Below are positions 38,672 to 41,950 of a stretch of 41,950 nucleotides of DNA, in pieces. Position 1 is the stretch's first letter. Each line of letters starts with the position of its first letter. The stretch is from positions 1 through 41,950 of the forward strand of contig JBBSDI010000001.1 in assembly GCA_038249585.1 (NCBI GenBank), written 5' to 3'. The position numbers and the translations under genes are program-made. A model generated the notes under the pieces. The model was not told the DNA's origin and searched no databases. It saw only the letters and a program-made list of their open reading frames with translations. Source of the DNA: Lysobacterales bacterium (GTDB taxonomy: Bacteria > Pseudomonadota > Gammaproteobacteria > Xanthomonadales > Ahniellaceae).

Positions 38672-39328
38672 TCAGAATGCCCGTTCGGGGACGGTGATGA
38701 CATCGCCCGGAAGAACCGGGAAGTTGGTTTGCAAGTCGCCCGACTTGAGGATCCGTCCCAGCCGCACGTCGAGCGTGCTGGTGGCAGCAGAGCCCTGCGC
38801 GCGCCGATACAGGCGGGTGCGATCGGCCGCGGCGAACTCGGTGATGCCGCCCGCGGCGAGCACCGCATCGAGCACCGTCATGCCTTGCCGGTAGGGTACC
38901 GATACCGGCTGCTGCACCGCGCCAGTCACACGCACGCGCGAGAGGTACTCATGGCTGCGCAGATCGGTCAGGATCACCGCGACCTTGGTGTCGCGGATGT
39001 ACTTCGACAGTTTCAGTTCGATCTCGGCAGAAACCTCCTGCGGCGTTCGCCCGCCGGCCATCACATCGCCGATCAGCGGTACCGAGATGCGCCCGTCGGG
39101 GCGCACCGGCACGGTCACGCCGAGATCCGGATTGCGCCAAACGGTGACCTGCATGATGTCGTCCACGCCGATCCGGTACTCCTCGGTGAATGCCGACGGC
39201 GACGGAACTCCCGGCACGTCCTGCGCATGCGCGCAGGCCGCTGCGGCGAGTGCGAGCAGCATGCTGCACAGGCAGCGACGCAGCGCGCCTTTCGCGTATC
39301 GGTTGAACGTGTTTCGGAATCCGATCAT
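38672..39328 (-). CDS. polysaccharide export lipoprotein (short Wza / EpsE-like: Poly_export + SLBB)
   Basis: Lipobox LALAAAAC. YRIGVDDIMQVTVWRNPDLGVTVPVRPDGRISVPLIGDVMAGGRTPQEV is the canonical PES/Poly_export motif. About 218 aa. Confidence 0.9.
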   Translation of the reverse strand: MIGFRNTFNRYAKGALRRCLCSMLLALAAAACAHAQDVPGVPSPSAFTEEYRIGVDDIMQVTVWRNPDLGVTVPVRPDGRISVPLIGDVMAGGRTPQEVSAEIELKLSKYIRDTKVAVILTDLRSHEYLSRVRVTGAVQQPVSVPYRQGMTVLDAVLAAGGITEFAAADRTRLYRRAQGSAATSTLDVRLGRILKSGDLQTNFPVLPGDVITVPERAF

Positions 39329-39380
39329 GGTCGAGGTTCGTGTTAGTGTGATTGGATCGAGCGACAACGGATCACTGCCG

Positions 39381-40088
39381 ATGGGACAGCCTGAGCCCGG
39401 CGATTTCGTCGCCGACTATGCGCGCCTCGGTGCACGCATCGGCTGCGACTTCGAGGAACTCAAGCGCAGCTATCGGCGTGCGGTGCGCGAGCTGCATCCC
39501 GACCTCAACCCCGACCTCGCCGACGACGCGCACGCGCAGGGAAATCTGCGCGAATTGCTGTCGGCCTTTCGCCGACTCAACGATTACTACCGCCACTTTG
39601 GCCGCCTGCCCGGCGAACCGCGCGCACCGGGCGCGAACCCGCCGCGCCCGGCACAGCCGTCGGGCACCATCACCATCCAGCCGCGTCGCAGCACGATCGG
39701 GCCGGCACTCGTGCTGCTGCTCGCCGGCGTCGGCACCTGGCTGCTTATCGACCATCAACCACCATCGCAAGCGACGTTGCCGACGATCGCCGTGCCCGCT
39801 CACCAACCCGACCTGCGGGCCTCGCGGCCACTGCACGCCGACGGCCGAACCCGCAGCTTCGCAAGCACAGGGCCTGGTGCCAGCGCGGTTCGCATCGGCG
39901 ACAACAAGCAGCGCGTGCGCCAGATACTCGGTGCGCCGATCGTCGCCAGTGCCGAAACGTGGGACTACGGTCCTTCGCATGTGCGTTTCAAGGATGGCCG
40001 GGTGGTGGACTGGTACAGCTCGCCGCTGAAGCCTATTGCGGTCGACGACAGCTCGCGAAGGTCTGCGGCCGACAGCAGCTCGCACTGA
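39381..40088 (+). CDS. membrane-anchored J-domain (DnaJ-like) protein with a C-terminal extracytoplasmic domain
   Basis: DYARLGARIGCDFEELKRSYRRAVRELHPDLNPD contains the HPD tripeptide. There is a Pro-rich linker and a single TM (IGPALVLLLAGVGTWLLI). The C-terminal block IGDNKQRVRQILGAPIVASAETWDYGPSHVRFKDGRVVDWY resembles SmpA/OmlA (BamE-like) small domains. Confidence 0.8.
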   Translation: MGQPEPGDFVADYARLGARIGCDFEELKRSYRRAVRELHPDLNPDLADDAHAQGNLRELLSAFRRLNDYYRHFGRLPGEPRAPGANPPRPAQPSGTITIQPRRSTIGPALVLLLAGVGTWLLIDHQPPSQATLPTIAVPAHQPDLRASRPLHADGRTRSFASTGPGASAVRIGDNKQRVRQILGAPIVASAETWDYGPSHVRFKDGRVVDWYSSPLKPIAVDDSSRRSAADSSSH

Positions 40089-40091
40089 GAT

Positions 40092-41546
40092 TCAGCGCGC
40101 GCCCTTGCCAAACAGCACTACCTCCACGGTCTGCAGCAGGATCGCAATGTCGAACAACATCGAGTTGTGCTTGACGTAGTACAGATCGTATTTGAGCTTC
40201 TCGGCCGCATCTTCGACCGACGCGCCGTAGGCGTAGCGCAGCTGCGCCCAGCCGGTGATGCCGGGCTTGACGCAGTGGCGCAGGCCGAAATACGGAATCT
40301 CGCGGGTCAGCTGCTCGACGAACTGCGGCCGCTCCGGGCGCGGGCCGACGAAGCTCATGTCGCCGCGCAGCACGTTGAAGATCTGCGGCAGCTCGTCGAT
40401 GCGCACCTTGCGGATGAAACGACCCACGCGGGTGATGCGATCGTCGTTGCTGGTCGCCCAGCGGGCCACGCCGTCTTTTTCGGCATCGGTGCGCATGCTG
40501 CGGAACTTCAGTACCGGAAAGTTGTGGCCGCGCTCACCGACGCGCTCCTGTTGATACAGGATCGGCTGGCCGAAGCCGGACTCGATGAGGATTGCCAATG
40601 CGGTGAGGATCATGAGCGGTGCGGCCAGCACCAGCAGCACGCCGGAAGAGACCACATCGAACAGCCGCTTGGTCGCTTGCCGCATGCTGTTGCACTTGAA
40701 GCCCTCGCCGAACACGAGCACTGAGGGGTCCAGCACGCCGAGCTTGATCTTGCCCGCCTCGCGCTCGAAGAAATCGGCCAGGCTCACGATATTGGTGCCC
40801 GCTACGCGACACTGCAGCAGTTCTTTCATCGGCAGCACACCACGGCGGTCATCGACCGCCACCACGATCTCGTCGACATCGTGCTCATCGACGAGCGCTG
40901 CCAGGCCGGGGCTGCGATCGATATGGAGTGCTGCGTCGACCATCTCGACGTTCTCGCCCATTGGCACGAAGCCGACCAGCTGGAACCCGCGCCGATCGGT
41001 CTGGCGGCGCATCCGGCTGACCAGCAGATTGGCATGGCGACCGGTACCGATCACCAGCACGCGCTGGCGCAGCGCTTCGCGACTGACCACCAGCGACACC
41101 AGCAAGCGACCGAGTGCGGTCGCGATGAAGCCCAGCAACAAGGCGAGCAGCAGTACGCCGCGACCGACATGCGCCTGCGGGATGGCATAGAAGGCCACTG
41201 CGAGTGCAACGCCCGCCAGCCCGGTGCCGGTCAGCATGCGCGCCCACTGGCCCACGATGCCTTCGCGAGAGTGGGTCTGGTACAGGCCCATGGCCACGAA
41301 ACACAGGCCGACCACGGTGGCGAACAGCAGCGCGAACGGCAGCACCGTCGGAAACTGCACCTTGACCCACTCGGGCTGGTAGAGGAAGCGCAGATCGATT
41401 GCAGCCGTGAAGGCGCCCACCAGCAGTGCGAACTCGACCACCGCGATCAGCGCCAGCCAGCGTCGCGCAGGAAACACCCGGCCACGAACGCGGTTGCGGC
41501 CCCGGGTTGCTACCGCACTGGGTGCACCATCGATTTGAGCGCTCAT
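40092..41546 (-). CDS. undecaprenyl-phosphate sugar phosphotransferase (polyisoprenyl-phosphate hexose-1-P priming transferase, EpsB / PEP-CTERM-associated type)
   Basis: N-terminal TM bundle, then a central Rossmann-like VLVIGTGRHANLL. The C-terminal bacterial sugar transferase domain reads KRLFDVVSSGVLLVLAAPLMILTALAI...VLKFRSMRTDAE...DDRITRVGRFIRKVRIDELPQIFNVLRGDMSFVGPRPERP. Confidence 0.95.
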   Translation of the reverse strand: MSAQIDGAPSAVATRGRNRVRGRVFPARRWLALIAVVEFALLVGAFTAAIDLRFLYQPEWVKVQFPTVLPFALLFATVVGLCFVAMGLYQTHSREGIVGQWARMLTGTGLAGVALAVAFYAIPQAHVGRGVLLLALLLGFIATALGRLLVSLVVSREALRQRVLVIGTGRHANLLVSRMRRQTDRRGFQLVGFVPMGENVEMVDAALHIDRSPGLAALVDEHDVDEIVVAVDDRRGVLPMKELLQCRVAGTNIVSLADFFEREAGKIKLGVLDPSVLVFGEGFKCNSMRQATKRLFDVVSSGVLLVLAAPLMILTALAILIESGFGQPILYQQERVGERGHNFPVLKFRSMRTDAEKDGVARWATSNDDRITRVGRFIRKVRIDELPQIFNVLRGDMSFVGPRPERPQFVEQLTREIPYFGLRHCVKPGITGWAQLRYAYGASVEDAAEKLKYDLYYVKHNSMLFDIAILLQTVEVVLFGKGAR

Positions 41547-41633
41547 TGAAACCTGACCCCTATCGCTCGGGCGGCGAGCATGCGCGCCCGGTGTGAATGG
41601 CACAAGACGTTTTGTCAAAAAACCATGAATAAC

Positions 41634-41661
41634 TGTCACGGATTCACGGAGATCTGTGACA
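41634..41661. promoter_or_regulatory. candidate operator in the divergent region: inverted hexamers flanking tandem heptamers
   Basis: TGTCAC (41634-41639) and GTGACA (41656-41661) are reverse complements. Between them TCACGGA occurs twice (41636-41642 and 41644-41650). The site sits in the 275-nt, visibly A/T-richer gap between the priming transferase and the nucleotide-sugar dehydrogenase gene. Confidence 0.25.
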
Positions 41662-41821
41662 TGCCTGAGAGGATTACGGGAAAGAACGCTGCACTCCCTC
41701 ATGCAGTAGAACGAGATTGCGCGGCGAAACGGATCATCGGTGCGTTTTGCGGCGCGACCGCCACCGCGACTAGACTCGGCGCCCGATTGAGCCGCCAGCA
41801 CCGAAACCAGTGGAGATTGCA

Positions 41822-41950
41822 GTGCGCAAGTCATTGAAAGACAGCCGTGTGGCGGTGATCGGCCTGGGCTACGTGGGCTTGCCGCTGGCGGTGGAGTTCG
41901 GGCGTCAGATTCCGACGCTGGGCTTCGATATCGCCAAGCCCCGGATCGCC
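41822..41950 (+). CDS. nucleotide-sugar dehydrogenase (UDP-glucose/GDP-mannose dehydrogenase family), 5-prime fragment running off the window
   Basis: VRKSLKDSRVAVIGLGYVGLPLAVEFGRQIPTLGFDI is the typical N-terminal Rossmann GxGYVG motif of TviB/WbpO/Ugd-type enzymes. GTG 41822 is preceded by GGAG at a 6-nt spacing. Confidence 0.85.
   Translation, partial: MRKSLKDSRVAVIGLGYVGLPLAVEFGRQIPTLGFDIAKPRIA

Noticed and set aside
38664-38703. ATG 38703 as the start of the EpsF-like chain-length determinant.
   Set aside because: It lacks a Shine-Dalgarno sequence and would overlap the epsE-like gene by 32 nt. GTG 38664 has GAGG at a 5-nt spacing and lies 8 nt after the upstream stop. ATG 38703 is kept as a stated alternative only.
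41598-41615. Possible sigma-54 promoter, TGGCAC-aagacg-TTTTGT.
   Set aside because: The -24 TGGCAC is good. At the canonical GG-N10-GC spacing, however, the -12 position reads TT rather than GC, and the nearest TG is 2 nt out of register. The evidence is not sufficient to call a promoter, so it is mentioned only as context in the regulatory-region finding.

Overview
GC-rich (by eye roughly 68-70% G+C, not computed) proteobacterial chromosomal segment with almost no non-coding space. A partial small membrane ORF and an ADOP/MacB-type FtsX permease (440-2878) come first. The rest of the window (about 3.0-41.95 kb) is one large exopolysaccharide (EPS) biosynthesis, modification and export locus, organised like exosortase-A/PEP-CTERM 'Eps' loci.

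Export and initiation genes:
- EpsB-type priming sugar transferase (40092-41546, -)
- short Wza/EpsE-like export lipoprotein, EpsF-like chain-length determinant and EpsG-like P-loop protein (36320-39328, -)
- predicted outer-membrane beta-barrel (34946-36256, -)
- Wzx flippase and Wzy/O-antigen-ligase-family protein

Synthesis and decoration genes:
- five further glycosyltransferases
- AsnB-type amidotransferase
- three CE4 deacetylases, one acyltransferase-3 and two SAM methyltransferases
- PaaK/CapK-like adenylating enzyme
- Gfo/Idh/MocA-SDR fusion oxidoreductase
- two paralogous secreted heparinase-II/III-like proteins
- tightly coupled operon of acyl carrier protein, AMP-ligase, NadE-like PP-loop enzyme, GNAT/FemAB-like protein and lyase-like protein

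No exosortase gene, PEP-CTERM substrate, tRNA/rRNA, CRISPR array, transposase or integrase was recognised.

Items worth a second look:
- the carrier-protein/NadE/GNAT decoration module
- an EpsG-like protein whose Walker A lysine and C-terminal tyrosine cluster are missing
- a membrane-anchored J-domain protein wedged between the export operon and the priming transferase
- a leaderless M23 metallopeptidase with atypical composition, bounded by the two largest non-coding gaps
- a conserved-looking unknown protein translationally coupled to a CE4 deacetylase
- several unusual gene overlaps and small repeats in leader regions

All functional calls rest on motifs read from the supplied translations. 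No database search was run.
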